A DNA stretch of 62,071 nt, the filler included, from an uncultured bacterium (lineage in GTDB: Bacteria > CAZSTA01): the NCBI GenBank assembly GCA_964609495.1. It is 6 parts of 6 records of this genome, joined end to end, with 100 filler letters (N's around TTAATTAATTAA, not from the genome) between each part and the next. Parts side by side here need not be neighbours in the genome. Positions count along the whole stretch, not along the records: positions 10,612 to 21,032 come from CAZSTA010000129.1; positions 21,133 to 31,543 come from CAZSTA010000130.1; 4 more parts are not named here. One strand, written 5' to 3'. The notes below the pieces were generated by a model that made no database searches, was not told the DNA's origin, and was given only the letters and a program-made list of their open reading frames with translations. Within the stretch, counting starts at the first letter, position 1, and each line of letters begins with the position of its first letter. Positions 18,817 to 28,706 of this stretch are shown here, piece after piece. The translations under genes were made by a program, and so were the position numbers.

Positions 18817-19431
18817 TTAGGAACCATCACCCTTATCGGGCTCCTCAGGCTCTTCATCCTCCCCCTGAGCCCAAGGTGGCTTAACTTTCTTAGGCATTTG
18901 ATATTGCATTATCATCCCCATCTTCATCTTAGTCATAACAACTAGCTCGTCAGGGGGGTTAAGAGTAAGAACAACGTTATATTCATCCAAAGCTTTTTCA
19001 AATTCGCCTTTGAATTCATATATGCTCCCTCTAAGAAAGTGAACTTGAGGGCTCTGGGGAGCTAACTCCATCGCCTCTTCGACGACCTCTTGAGCCTCAT
19101 CTATCTTATTATTCTGTATATAAAATGCTCCCAAAGAGGTCAAGTATTTAACCTCATCCTTAAAATGCGTCCTAAGTTGATCCTTTATTTGCTGGGCATT
19201 AGCTTCATCCCCATTGCTCTCATAGGCTAACATTAAGTTCATAAGAGCATCAATATTTTCAGGTTCTAGTTTCAAGACGCTCTTAAATTCGCTAATAGCT
19301 TTATCAAATTCTCCTTCTTCAAGAGCTTTCTCTCCTTCCCTCATATAGGTATCAGCTGGCTTCTCTTGACATCCACTTACGATCAGCATCAGCAACGATA
19401 AAGCTAGAGCTATAATAAGGATCTTTTTCAT
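18817..19431 (-). CDS. TPR lipoprotein
   Basis: MKK..IVSG-C lipobox followed by TPRs. Confidence 0.85.
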   Translation of the reverse strand: MKKILIIALALSLLMLIVSGCQEKPADTYMREGEKALEEGEFDKAISEFKSVLKLEPENIDALMNLMLAYESNGDEANAQQIKDQLRTHFKDEVKYLTSLGAFYIQNNKIDEAQEVVEEAMELAPQSPQVHFLRGSIYEFKGEFEKALDEYNVVLTLNPPDELVVMTKMKMGMIMQYQMPKKVKPPWAQGEDEEPEEPDKGDGS

Positions 19432-19489
19432 TCTCAGCGAATTCCTCCTTCCTCGGGAAGATGTTACAATGTCAGGGTGAAAAGTTGAT

Positions 19490-20680
19490 TTAATCACTTC
19501 CCCAATCCCCTTCTTCCAAAGTTACTCGGACGGTCATCCTCTTTTTTTCTCTGTATATAACTATCTCCACTGTATCTCCCACATCTTTTTCCAGGGGGAT
19601 ACTAAAGATATCATCAGCAGAATCGACCTTTTGCCCATCGATCTCAACTATTATATCTCCTCCAATTACGAATACTCGATTGCGGATTAGGACGCGAGTA
19701 TCTCCTGCTCTTAATCCAGCTTTATGCGCCGGGCCATTTCTAACGATATTAGTTATCACTATTCCTTCATTGACAGGTAACTTGAGGACCCTACCGAGAG
19801 TCTCATCTAGAGGAAAACCTCCGGTTATCCCCAACCAAGGTCTGATAACTCTGCCCCTGGATATTATATCCCTGGCTACTTTCTTAGCTGTGTTTACAGG
19901 AATAGCGAAACCTATACCTTGATTTCCTCCGGTGGTGGAGAATATAGCAGTATTGATACCGATCACTTCTCCTTGAGAGTTGATGAGTGGCCCTCCACTA
20001 TTACCAGGATTAATGGAGGCATCGGTCTGGATGATATTTCTAAGCTCAAAATCTCCATAAGTTTTGAGTGTTCGAGAGAGAGAACTGATCACTCCTGTCG
20101 TTACGGTGCGTTCCAATCCAAAAGGATTACCGATCGCTATAGCTCTCTGTCCCACCCTTAGATGATCGGAGTCTCCCAATCTAACTGGAGTTATATCAGA
20201 TGGTAAGTCATCAACTTTGATAACTGCTAGATCGGTGTAGGGATCGCTTCCCACCAACTTTGCCTCTAACTGCGCCCCAGATAAGGTTACCTCGATCTTA
20301 TCAGCCTCTTTTACAACATGATTATTGGTGAGAATGTATCCTCGAGAATCGATAACTACCCCTGATCCCTGTCCTTCTCTAGGGAATACATCCCCCCAGA
20401 AGAAGAAATTTATCTCCATTGTAGTAGAGATAATGTTGACGACCGCTGGACTTACTTTCTCATAGATGCTAGTGACGATCCTCTCCTCGGGATCATCAAA
20501 GCTGTTATGGGAGGAAAATGAGATAGGCTCTGGTGAGGCAACTTGATTTGTTTTAATCTCTGAAGGGAGCTCTTCAGTGGTATTCCTGCGATCAAGGTAA
20601 TTTATTCCCAGTAAGGTGCCTAAGGCACCGATTGCGCTACTTATAATTATAGTTACTATATAAAGCTTCCAATTCCTCAT
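19490..20680 (-). CDS. htrA: HtrA/DegP-family serine protease with PDZ domain
   Basis: TNNHV, DLAV, GNSGG, C-terminal PDZ, N-terminal TM. Confidence 0.93.
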   Translation of the reverse strand: MRNWKLYIVTIIISSAIGALGTLLGINYLDRRNTTEELPSEIKTNQVASPEPISFSSHNSFDDPEERIVTSIYEKVSPAVVNIISTTMEINFFFWGDVFPREGQGSGVVIDSRGYILTNNHVVKEADKIEVTLSGAQLEAKLVGSDPYTDLAVIKVDDLPSDITPVRLGDSDHLRVGQRAIAIGNPFGLERTVTTGVISSLSRTLKTYGDFELRNIIQTDASINPGNSGGPLINSQGEVIGINTAIFSTTGGNQGIGFAIPVNTAKKVARDIISRGRVIRPWLGITGGFPLDETLGRVLKLPVNEGIVITNIVRNGPAHKAGLRAGDTRVLIRNRVFVIGGDIIVEIDGQKVDSADDIFSIPLEKDVGDTVEIVIYREKKRMTVRVTLEEGDWGSD

Positions 20681-20785
20681 AACTTACTCCTTGAGCGATC
20701 AGGGGGAAAATCTCCGTTTAAGAGTAAATCCTGCTTGACGCGGGGAGATCTCTCAGATCTATGAAATTAGAGTTTCCTCAATATA

Positions 20786-20814
20786 ATTATAACGAAAATT
20801 CCTCAAATCGTCAA
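20786..20814 (-). promoter_or_regulatory. Sigma70-like promoter of htrA
   Basis: TTGACG-17-TATAAT. Confidence 0.6.
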
Positions 20815-20826
20815 GATGTATGGAGA

Positions 20827-21032
20827 TTAGATATGCCATCTTGGCACTACTACTTCAAGAGCATCAGGTATAGCTTCAAATCTCATCGGTAATTCTCTGA
20901 ATACCTCCCCGTCTATCTGAACTAAGGTGGGGGGAGATGAAGTTATCTCCACTCCTTTAGTCCTTACATATTCTATATCTCTATACTTTAGATGTCTATT
21001 CGTAAGTACCCCAACTGTGTAAACAAGGGTAC
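20827..21032 (-). CDS. Diacylglycerol kinase family (YegS/DagK) protein, C-terminal fragment at contig edge
   Basis: Hand translation ...VRTKGVEITSSPPTLVQIDGEVFRELPMRFEAIPDALEVVVPRWHI*. Not in the ORF track. Confidence 0.8.
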
Positions 21033-21132
21033 NNNNNNNNNNNNNNNNNNNNNNNNNNNNNNNNNNNNNNNNNNNNTTAATTAATTAANNNNNNNNNNNN
21101 NNNNNNNNNNNNNNNNNNNNNNNNNNNNNNNN
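21033..21132. other. Artificial contig linker
   Basis: N-run with TTAATTAATTAA. Confidence 0.99.
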
Positions 21133-21551
21133 ATGATCCTAGATGGTCACCAGATGGGAAGAGAATCGCTTTTGTCTCTTGGCAAGATGGTAACCGAGAG
21201 ATCTATGTGATGAATGCTGATGGGAGTGGACAGGCTAACTTGACTAATAATCTCGCAAGTCGATATCCTGCGTGGTCACCAGATGGGAAGAGAATCGCTT
21301 TTGAATCTCATCGAGATGGTAATAGTGATATATATGTGATGAATGATGATGGCAGTGAACAGACTAACTTGACTAATTATCCTGGATGGGATCTTGATCC
21401 TGCCTGGTCACCAGATGGGAGGAAAATCGCTTTTGTCTCTTGGCGAGATGGCAATGGTGAGATCTATGTAATGAATGCTGATGGCAGTGGACAGACCAAC
21501 TTGACTAATAATCCTGCGTGGGATCTTAATCCTGTATGGTCACCTGAATAG
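21133..21551 (+). CDS. TolB-like beta-propeller (PD40 repeat) protein, C-terminal part
   Basis: Repeats of [14 protein letters not shown]..[14 protein letters not shown]; frame open to the contig edge. Confidence 0.9.
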
Positions 21552-21646
21552 ATAGCCTCAGTGATCGTTAGATGTAAATGGATTAAGTAGTTTCAAGTAG
21601 ATAATTTGTTATTCTTAGTTTTCTAATTGTGAGTTAAAGGCATAAA

Positions 21647-23464
21647 GTGATTCTCAGTTTGCTAGGGTGGGTGAAGATAGTTCACCTAAGGTCGTTATTT
21701 CTATTAAGGGGGCTGAGGAAATTGATCAATATATCGAAAGAATTTAAACAAGCTCGCTTTAGATCATTCTTTATCGTAGCGTTTTTATTCACCTTTATAG
21801 TCTTGGGGAGTGTTGTCACCTCTGCCCAAGATGTGTTGCAGGAAGCTTTAAAAACAGTTGAGGAAAATCCTGAGAGTCTAGAAGCCCGCCTTAACCTAGC
21901 CCAAGCCCTTCAAAGAGAGGATATGCTGGATGAGGCGATTCAACAGTATAATGATATACTTGCTCAAGATTTCAAGAATGTAGAGGCTCATTATCAGCGG
22001 GGCAGGATATATCTGGAGAAGGGCTTACTAGATGAGGCTGTCAGTGATTTTCAATGGGTTATAAGTGTGGATTATCGTCACTTGGATGCTCGCTATAATC
22101 TAGCTCAGATATATCAGCGTCAGGGGAAGCTAGAGGAGGCTATACTGGAGTATAGTATAATTAATACCCTAAACCCAGATCTAGTGACTGTGCACTTCAA
22201 TTTAGGTTACATCTATAACGAGAAGAATCTTCCCAAGGACGCTATCAGAGAATTTGAGCTAGCTAAGGAGTTGAATCCTGGGGATTGGTTCGTTCACCAT
22301 CTTTTAGGCGTAGCATATTCCGATCTGGGAGATTTCGACAATGCCATCAGAAATTTCACGAGAGCTAAGGAGATAGCCCCAGATAATAGAGATGTCCATT
22401 TCAATCTCGGAAATGCCTATATGGGAGCGGCTATTGCTATCGAGTGGCAAGCAATCGAGCAAGCTGGGGGAGAAGAGGAAATCCCCTTGGAAAGGAGCGA
22501 GGATGAGCGAAAGAAGGAGGAATTTCTCACCAAAGCTATAATAGAGTATAAGCAAACCCTTGCTCTTGACCCTAATAATGGAGTAGCGCATAATAATCTG
22601 GGGATTATATATCTCAAGCTGAATATACTGGAGGAGGCGATAAATGAGTTCCAGATAGCTGTACTTCAAGACCCTATGAACGTCGAGGCTCGTCTGAACT
22701 TGGGCAATATCTACTTCAGACAGGATCTATTGGAGAAAGCCTCGAAGGAGTATCAGCAGGTTTTAAAGTTCGCTCCAGATAACCCGGATGCTCATCGAGC
22801 CTTAGGATTGGTCTTCGTCCGTCAGGATAGAATAGATGAGGCTGAGGCTGAGTTCAGATATGTAGTAGAGGTGCTTGCTCCTCAGGATGAAGTTGCCCGT
22901 AAGCAACTAGGGTTAATTTATATGAGAGAGGGGAGATATGAAGAGGCTATCGCGCAATTCAGGTTCCTGCTTGCTATGATAGAGCAAGAGGTAATACCTG
23001 ATGATTTTGAGGTGCACTACAATTTAGCAGATGCCTACTATGCTCTGGGTTACTACGAAGATGCGGTAACTGAGTATCAGAAGGTTGTAGAGGCGAATCC
23101 AGACGATTTCTATGCCAATTTCAAATTGGGCAACTCTTACTACAACTTGAACGATTATGAGCTAGCTATATCTGCCTATCAAGAAGCTACAAGATTAGCC
23201 CCAGATAATATAGAGGCTCGCTATAATTTAGGGGGTGCTTATCTCCTCAATAACGAGTCGGATAGGGCAATAGACGAATTCAATTGGGTTATATGGCATA
23301 AACCGGATGATGCGGGGGCTTATTTTAACCTAGGGCAGGCTTATTATGAGAGCAACTTTATAGGTGAGGCTATAAGTGCTTGGGAGACGACTCTAGCGAT
23401 AGATCCTAATTATCCAGGAGCCAAGGAGAGACTAGATCGGGCTTTGAAGAGTGGAGGATATTGA
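21647..23464 (+). CDS. Long multi-TPR exported protein
   Basis: About 14 TPRs after a hydrophobic signal/anchor. Start uncertain. Confidence 0.9.
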   Translation: MILSLLGWVKIVHLRSLFLLRGLRKLINISKEFKQARFRSFFIVAFLFTFIVLGSVVTSAQDVLQEALKTVEENPESLEARLNLAQALQREDMLDEAIQQYNDILAQDFKNVEAHYQRGRIYLEKGLLDEAVSDFQWVISVDYRHLDARYNLAQIYQRQGKLEEAILEYSIINTLNPDLVTVHFNLGYIYNEKNLPKDAIREFELAKELNPGDWFVHHLLGVAYSDLGDFDNAIRNFTRAKEIAPDNRDVHFNLGNAYMGAAIAIEWQAIEQAGGEEEIPLERSEDERKKEEFLTKAIIEYKQTLALDPNNGVAHNNLGIIYLKLNILEEAINEFQIAVLQDPMNVEARLNLGNIYFRQDLLEKASKEYQQVLKFAPDNPDAHRALGLVFVRQDRIDEAEAEFRYVVEVLAPQDEVARKQLGLIYMREGRYEEAIAQFRFLLAMIEQEVIPDDFEVHYNLADAYYALGYYEDAVTEYQKVVEANPDDFYANFKLGNSYYNLNDYELAISAYQEATRLAPDNIEARYNLGGAYLLNNESDRAIDEFNWVIWHKPDDAGAYFNLGQAYYESNFIGEAISAWETTLAIDPNYPGAKERLDRALKSGGY

Positions 23465-23473
23465 TATTCAGAG

Positions 23474-23526
23474 AAAAGGTAACTTTTTTAACCGTGAGTT
23501 CTATTTGAAGCAAAAAGTTACCTTTT
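23474..23526. repeat. Family B palindrome, identical to the copy at 37567-37619
   Basis: AAAAGGTAACTTTTTTAACCGTGAGTTCTATTTGAAGCAAAAAGTTACCTTTT. Confidence 0.9.
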
Positions 23527-23552
23527 AGATGTAGTTAAAAGAGGTGTGAATT

Positions 23553-24443
23553 ATGTCCACTAATATAAAGAGAAGACCAAGGAGGAAAAGAAGGCTGCCA
23601 GATTGGTTAGATGGGGCTATTATAGTTTTAGCCATTCTCCTGGTAGCCGCAGCCTATCTGACTTTTCCCATTATATTTCCTGGTTTGACTAGAGGAGGAG
23701 GAGAGGAGGAGGAAAAAAGACCGGTAGTTTTAGAGGAGGGCGAGGCTAGACCCCAGGTTCCTCGGGAAGAGGAGAAAATATCTCCTCCAAAGATAGCTTC
23801 TACTGCACAGGAAAGGAAGACGGTTGAGGAGGAAGTTCAACCTCAAGAGGGGGCTGAGGAAGTAGCTGAAGTTCCGAAGACCGAGGAGAAGGTGGAGGAA
23901 GAAGCAACTAAGCCAGAAGAGGAGGAGGTCAAAGTAGCTACTGTGGCAGAGAAAGTTCCCTCTCAACCGAAGGAGGAGGTTGTTTCTTCCCCTGAGAAGG
24001 TCGAATATTATGAGATAAGAACTGGATCTTTCCTTAACAAAGATAACGCGGACAGACAAGCCGCTTCTTTAAAAGCGAAAGGATATCAGGTTCAGGTCTA
24101 TAAGTCTGGTGAGTACTATGTCCCTATAGTAACGCTTAAGAGCGAGGAAGAAGTTGAGGCTTTAGGGCGAGAACTCTCCTCTGGAGTAGTGGTTGCTGCC
24201 CCTAAGAAGGAGATAAGCTCTTCTCCAACTTATGGGATTCAAGTAGGGGCTTTCTCAGTTGAGAGCAATGCTAGTAACTTTGAGAGAGAATTAAAATCTA
24301 AGGGATACGATACTTATATTGAGGTGAAAAGTGCTCCTAAGAAGATATACCGAGTTGGAGTTAAGGCTTCTAGCAAGACCGAAGCCTTGAAGTTCGCAGA
24401 GAAGCTGAAGGAGCAAGGATATGATGTTCTTGTTCCTAGGTAG
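23553..24443 (+). CDS. SPOR-domain membrane protein (FtsN-like architecture)
   Basis: Basic N-terminus, TM, E/K-rich linker, two SPOR domains (TGSF..NA, IQVGAF..NA). Confidence 0.85.
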   Translation: MSTNIKRRPRRKRRLPDWLDGAIIVLAILLVAAAYLTFPIIFPGLTRGGGEEEEKRPVVLEEGEARPQVPREEEKISPPKIASTAQERKTVEEEVQPQEGAEEVAEVPKTEEKVEEEATKPEEEEVKVATVAEKVPSQPKEEVVSSPEKVEYYEIRTGSFLNKDNADRQAASLKAKGYQVQVYKSGEYYVPIVTLKSEEEVEALGRELSSGVVVAAPKKEISSSPTYGIQVGAFSVESNASNFERELKSKGYDTYIEVKSAPKKIYRVGVKASSKTEALKFAEKLKEQGYDVLVPR

Positions 24444-24576
24444 ATTATATAGTTCTAGTTATCAATAAATATCATTCTTTTCGAGCGGTTAGCCTCCTCT
24501 AGGTCGAATTCTGGGTGCTCACCTCTTTGGAAGGAGGTGAGTTTTTACATATCTGAGGATAGGAGGGGATGAGCTT

Positions 24577-25878
24577 ATGGCTACGAAAAGGAAGCGGAGA
24601 AGACCTCCAGATTGGCTCGATTTCGCAGTAGTATTATTTATTATCCTGATTATTGCGGGTATTTATTGGATTATCCCTTCGGTGTTTCCTGGATTAGGAG
24701 TGAAGAAGATGGCGATCGAGGGAAGCACCAAGACCGATAAGGGGGAGGAGATAATCGCCGCTAAAATAGTATTATATGATGAAAAGGGGAATATTATCGG
24801 TACTAAACAGAGCGATGAAGAGGGGGAATTTAAATTTGAGGATGTTGAAGCCGGTTTATATTCGCTCCAAGCAGAGAAAGATGGATATAAAGGGGAAGAG
24901 ATAATCAAGGTGGAGGATAGAGATATAAGGGGATTGATTTTAGCTCTAGTTCCACCTGTGGAGAGAGTTGTTACCACTAATTTTGGCGAACTATCGATCA
25001 GCTCGACCCCTGCCGAGGCTGTGGTGTATCTCGATGGTGAGAAAGAAGCTCGGGGGATAACGCCTCTAACTATAGGGGATTTGGAGCAAGGTGAGTATAA
25101 GATAAAACTTGTATTGGAGGGTTATCAGGCTTGGGAGGGACTCGCTCAGGTGAGGGCAGGGGAGGCCACTCCTCTCAAAGCTGAGTTGAGTGCTATACCA
25201 GTTGTGAAGCCAAAGACAGCTATCCTTGCGGTTACTTCTGAGCCAACAGGGGCCTTGGTTCGGGTAGATAGATTTTTGATAGGTAGGACTCCCGTTCAGC
25301 GCATAATAAATAGGGTGGGAGAAAGAGAGTTGATTTTAAATAAAGATGGATATGAGAGTTGGAGGAAGAAGGTAGAGTTTTTAGCTGGAGGAAAGGTTGC
25401 CGAATTTGTAAAATTAGAAGAGGTTTCTGAGAAGGGGGCAGAAGAGGTCTATAGAGTTCAGACTGGCTCCTTCACTTATGAAGACAACGCGAAGAGGCAG
25501 GCGGCGAGGTTTGAGAGGAGAGGATATAAAGCCGAGATATATAAATCGGGCAAATATTATGTGGTAATAGTAACTTTAACCAATAGAGAGGAAGCGGAGG
25601 CTCTGAAAAAGGAAGTTGGAGGGGTCAATATTAGCAGGAGTAGTGTCAAATCTTCTCTTCCTTATAGGGTGCAAATAGGAGCTTTCAAGGTTAAGGATAA
25701 TGCCGTCGGTCGTAGGAATGAACTTATTGCGATGGGATATAAGGCGGCGATAGAGCAACGAAAGGAGAATCTCCTATATCGAGTTGTTATTAGAACTTTG
25801 AGTAGGGAGGAGGCGGTTAAATTATCCGATGAAATCAGAGAAGGGGGTTTTGCAACTTTTACCTCTCTCAATCGTTAG
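24577..25878 (+). CDS. Membrane protein with Ig-like, 2 PEGA and 2 SPOR domains
   Basis: TM, G.F.FEDV.AG.Y beta-sandwich, PEGA motifs, VQTGSF and VQIGAF SPOR motifs. Confidence 0.82.
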   Translation: MATKRKRRRPPDWLDFAVVLFIILIIAGIYWIIPSVFPGLGVKKMAIEGSTKTDKGEEIIAAKIVLYDEKGNIIGTKQSDEEGEFKFEDVEAGLYSLQAEKDGYKGEEIIKVEDRDIRGLILALVPPVERVVTTNFGELSISSTPAEAVVYLDGEKEARGITPLTIGDLEQGEYKIKLVLEGYQAWEGLAQVRAGEATPLKAELSAIPVVKPKTAILAVTSEPTGALVRVDRFLIGRTPVQRIINRVGERELILNKDGYESWRKKVEFLAGGKVAEFVKLEEVSEKGAEEVYRVQTGSFTYEDNAKRQAARFERRGYKAEIYKSGKYYVVIVTLTNREEAEALKKEVGGVNISRSSVKSSLPYRVQIGAFKVKDNAVGRRNELIAMGYKAAIEQRKENLLYRVVIRTLSREEAVKLSDEIREGGFATFTSLNR

Positions 25879-25930
25879 AATATAGTTGCTTAATTCAAGG
25901 AAATTGATTATAATTAAGTAGAGGTGTTTT

Positions 25931-26125
25931 TTGCTTAGGTTACATATAGGCGATGTGATCGAATTGAAGAAGAGCCATCCTTGCGGGCATAATGAGTGGG
26001 AGGTATGGAGGCTGGGAATGGACATCGGTCTGGAGTGCCTAGGTTGTGGTCGGAAAGTTCGTATCCCTCGAGAAAGATTAGAGAGACTGGTGAAGAAGAT
26101 TTTAAGAGAGGGATATTCGAGGTGA
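25931..26125 (+). CDS. DUF951 family protein
   Basis: GDVIELKKSHPCG..WEV.R.GMDI.LECLGCGR. Confidence 0.9.
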   Translation: MLRLHIGDVIELKKSHPCGHNEWEVWRLGMDIGLECLGCGRKVRIPRERLERLVKKILREGYSR

Positions 26126-26131
26126 TATTAG

Positions 26132-28702
26132 ATGTTTGGAGATAGTGATATAAAGTTACCTCTCGTTATCTCTCTTATCATTCATTCTTTGTTGCTTATC
26201 GTATTTTCTTATATTGTATTTACCCCTGTAGAGGAGGAGGAATTAATAAGTATAAATCTTGTAGAGCTGATAGATACCTCTATTCCTCAACTTGAGGAGT
26301 CTACTCTCGTCGCCACTCAACCAGAGAAGCCCGAGGCCGAGGAAATTCCCGAGAGTTCTACTTCAGAGGAGAGGATATCTGCTATCCCTGAGGTGGTAAC
26401 TGAAAAGGAAGTAACAGAGGCCAAAGTCTCGAGTGAGAAAGTAGAACCCTTAAGTGAAATAGGAGGGGTAGAGGGGAGGATTCCTCCCCCTATAGAAACG
26501 AATATCGTTCCCGAAGAGGGGGAGATAGCTCAAGCTCAGGTCAAGCCCGAGGTGAGTGTGAAAGAGGGATCTACCTTCCCTGCTGCTAAAGTGCCGACAG
26601 TTATTAAAGAGGAGCTCAAGGAAAAGTCCGCCCTTGAGCTATCTAGGGAGGAAGTAGCTGCTCCTCAGCCTTCTCTACCCTCTGTTGCAGTGAAGAGTGC
26701 TTCTCAAGGCGGGGGGGAGGAACTGGCTCCTAAGAAAGGAGAGACTATCACCGAGAGCATAGTTAGAGTCATCACTAAGAAGCTCTCGGAGATAGGTATT
26801 GCTCCCACTGTTAGCGAGAAAAAGTTATCCTCCGATGAAACTTCTGTGGCAAAGCTTGAGACCCCCCTTGAGGTGGGAGCAAGGGAGGTATCATCTGAGA
26901 TTAGGGAGAGTTCCGCTTCTGAAGAGGTCGAAAAGGGATTGGGAGTAAAGGGGGAAGAAGTTTCTCCTGTAGTTACCTCTCAGGAGGTTGATAAGAGGGA
27001 GAGTGCTGTTGTCCCAAGTGGTGCTAAAACTCCCAATGTTATCATCTCTAAGGAGGAAGTGCCTGTAGTATCTCTTCCTAAGGCGAAGGACGAGAAAGGG
27101 CTGTCGGAACGAGGAGAGGTTTTGAAAAAGCCTCAAAAAGAGGCGGAGAAGATAGAGAGCTCGGAGGGTTCAAAGGTGGATGTTATCGGTTCGGCGATCC
27201 CTGAGGAAAAGGTTTCTGAGGAAAGAAGGGTACCCGAAAAGGTAGGGGGACCTGCGGTGATTAAGGGGGAGATAGGGGGCAAGGGAACTGAGGAAGCCAG
27301 TGATGTCTCGGAAGATATAGTGCTTGAGAAGCCTCAGAAGGTTAAGGAGGTAGGGAAGGAGGAGATATCAGCCCCTCAGAAGATTGAGACTGAGATAGGT
27401 GAGCCACTTGTTTCTGGGAGGAAACAAATCGAGGAGAAGATAATCCAGCCCAAAGCTTCCCCGGTACTTAGGGAGATCGAGGAAGCCCAGGAGAGAAAGA
27501 CAGAAGAGGTCGAGGCTCTTAAGAGAGGGGAGGATATTGAAAAACCTCAAGGCAACGAGGTTGTTCCCTCAGAGGAAGAGGAGAGATATGGTAAAGAGGA
27601 GGTGAGTGAACTCGAGGTTGTAAAGGTGATTAGTGGTCCTGAGGAACTGCCTAAGAAGGAGGTTCTGTCTGAACTCGATATTACTCCTCAAGTTAAGGAT
27701 GAAGGGGGAGAAGTTCAGAAGGAGACTAAGGGGGAGGCAGAGGAGGAGAGAATTGCCACTGTCCATAAAAAACCTCGAGAGGAGGAAGTAGTCGAGCAAA
27801 AGATTTCCTCGAAGATGGAGGAAGTGGAACCACCCTCGCGAAGAGAGGTTACTGAGCCGACTGTTTCTAAGGAGATCCCTAATGATCAATGGATGACAAA
27901 AGGGATGATCATTAAGCAGGGGAAAGACGAGAGGCAAGGAGTAATAGTCGTCTCTCAAAAGGAGGCTCCTACTATGAAGATATCTTCCTCCATTGAAGAA
28001 GCAGGAGATGTGAAATCAGGTGGTAAAACCGCTCCTATAATAGAGGAGAGCTCTCGAAGAACTGAGAAGTTTGAGGATAGTGGCGAGATTATCCCGAAGG
28101 AGGAGATAGCTAAAGCTAGTCAGATATTATCTGTCATAGAAGAGGGACAGAAGGAGATAGTGGCGATACCTATCTCCGAGAGGAAAGCCACTAAAGAGCC
28201 TATTCAAGAGAGGATCGATCTAAAAGCATCGGAGAAGAAGGAACAGATCTCAGCGCCAGAGAAGGGGGCTCCTATAATCGAAGAGCGGAGGGAAACCCTG
28301 ATTGTCCCTGAAAAGTCGGAGCCAGAGAAGAAGGAAGCTATGGAGATGGGTGAGACCCCTCGAAAAGGAAAGTTGGAGGAGATTGTCTCTTCTAAGGAGA
28401 GGCCTAAGATCACGATAGAATTGGGTAAGCCTAAGGTCAAATCCGATTTCTATCCTGCTTTCGTGCGTCCAGTGGCGATCGAGTATCCTCAATGGGCTCA
28501 GGAGGAGGGAATTGAGGGAGCAATGGAATTGACTGTTTTGGTGGGGAGCGATGGAAAGGTGATGGAAGTCAATATTAGTAGGACTTCGGGACATAAAAAG
28601 CTCGATCTTGTAGCAGTGGAGGCTTTACAACAGGCTCAATTTACCTCCTATGAAACGCAATATATAGTTAAGATACTGATAAAATTCACTTTAGGAGGTT
28701 AG
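26132..28702 (+). CDS. TonB-family protein with a very long E/K/P/S-rich linker
   Basis: TM with SxxxH (ISLIIH). C-terminal YP..A...GIEG....V...G.V....SG...LD..A TonB_C domain. Confidence 0.82.
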   Translation: MFGDSDIKLPLVISLIIHSLLLIVFSYIVFTPVEEEELISINLVELIDTSIPQLEESTLVATQPEKPEAEEIPESSTSEERISAIPEVVTEKEVTEAKVSSEKVEPLSEIGGVEGRIPPPIETNIVPEEGEIAQAQVKPEVSVKEGSTFPAAKVPTVIKEELKEKSALELSREEVAAPQPSLPSVAVKSASQGGGEELAPKKGETITESIVRVITKKLSEIGIAPTVSEKKLSSDETSVAKLETPLEVGAREVSSEIRESSASEEVEKGLGVKGEEVSPVVTSQEVDKRESAVVPSGAKTPNVIISKEEVPVVSLPKAKDEKGLSERGEVLKKPQKEAEKIESSEGSKVDVIGSAIPEEKVSEERRVPEKVGGPAVIKGEIGGKGTEEASDVSEDIVLEKPQKVKEVGKEEISAPQKIETEIGEPLVSGRKQIEEKIIQPKASPVLREIEEAQERKTEEVEALKRGEDIEKPQGNEVVPSEEEERYGKEEVSELEVVKVISGPEELPKKEVLSELDITPQVKDEGGEVQKETKGEAEEERIATVHKKPREEEVVEQKISSKMEEVEPPSRREVTEPTVSKEIPNDQWMTKGMIIKQGKDERQGVIVVSQKEAPTMKISSSIEEAGDVKSGGKTAPIIEESSRRTEKFEDSGEIIPKEEIAKASQILSVIEEGQKEIVAIPISERKATKEPIQERIDLKASEKKEQISAPEKGAPIIEERRETLIVPEKSEPEKKEAMEMGETPRKGKLEEIVSSKERPKITIELGKPKVKSDFYPAFVRPVAIEYPQWAQEEGIEGAMELTVLVGSDGKVMEVNISRTSGHKKLDLVAVEALQQAQFTSYETQYIVKILIKFTLGG

Positions 28703-28706
28703 GTCA

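Noticed and set aside
21133-21551. Regular direct repeats resembling an array
   Set aside because: Explained as coding PD40 propeller blades.
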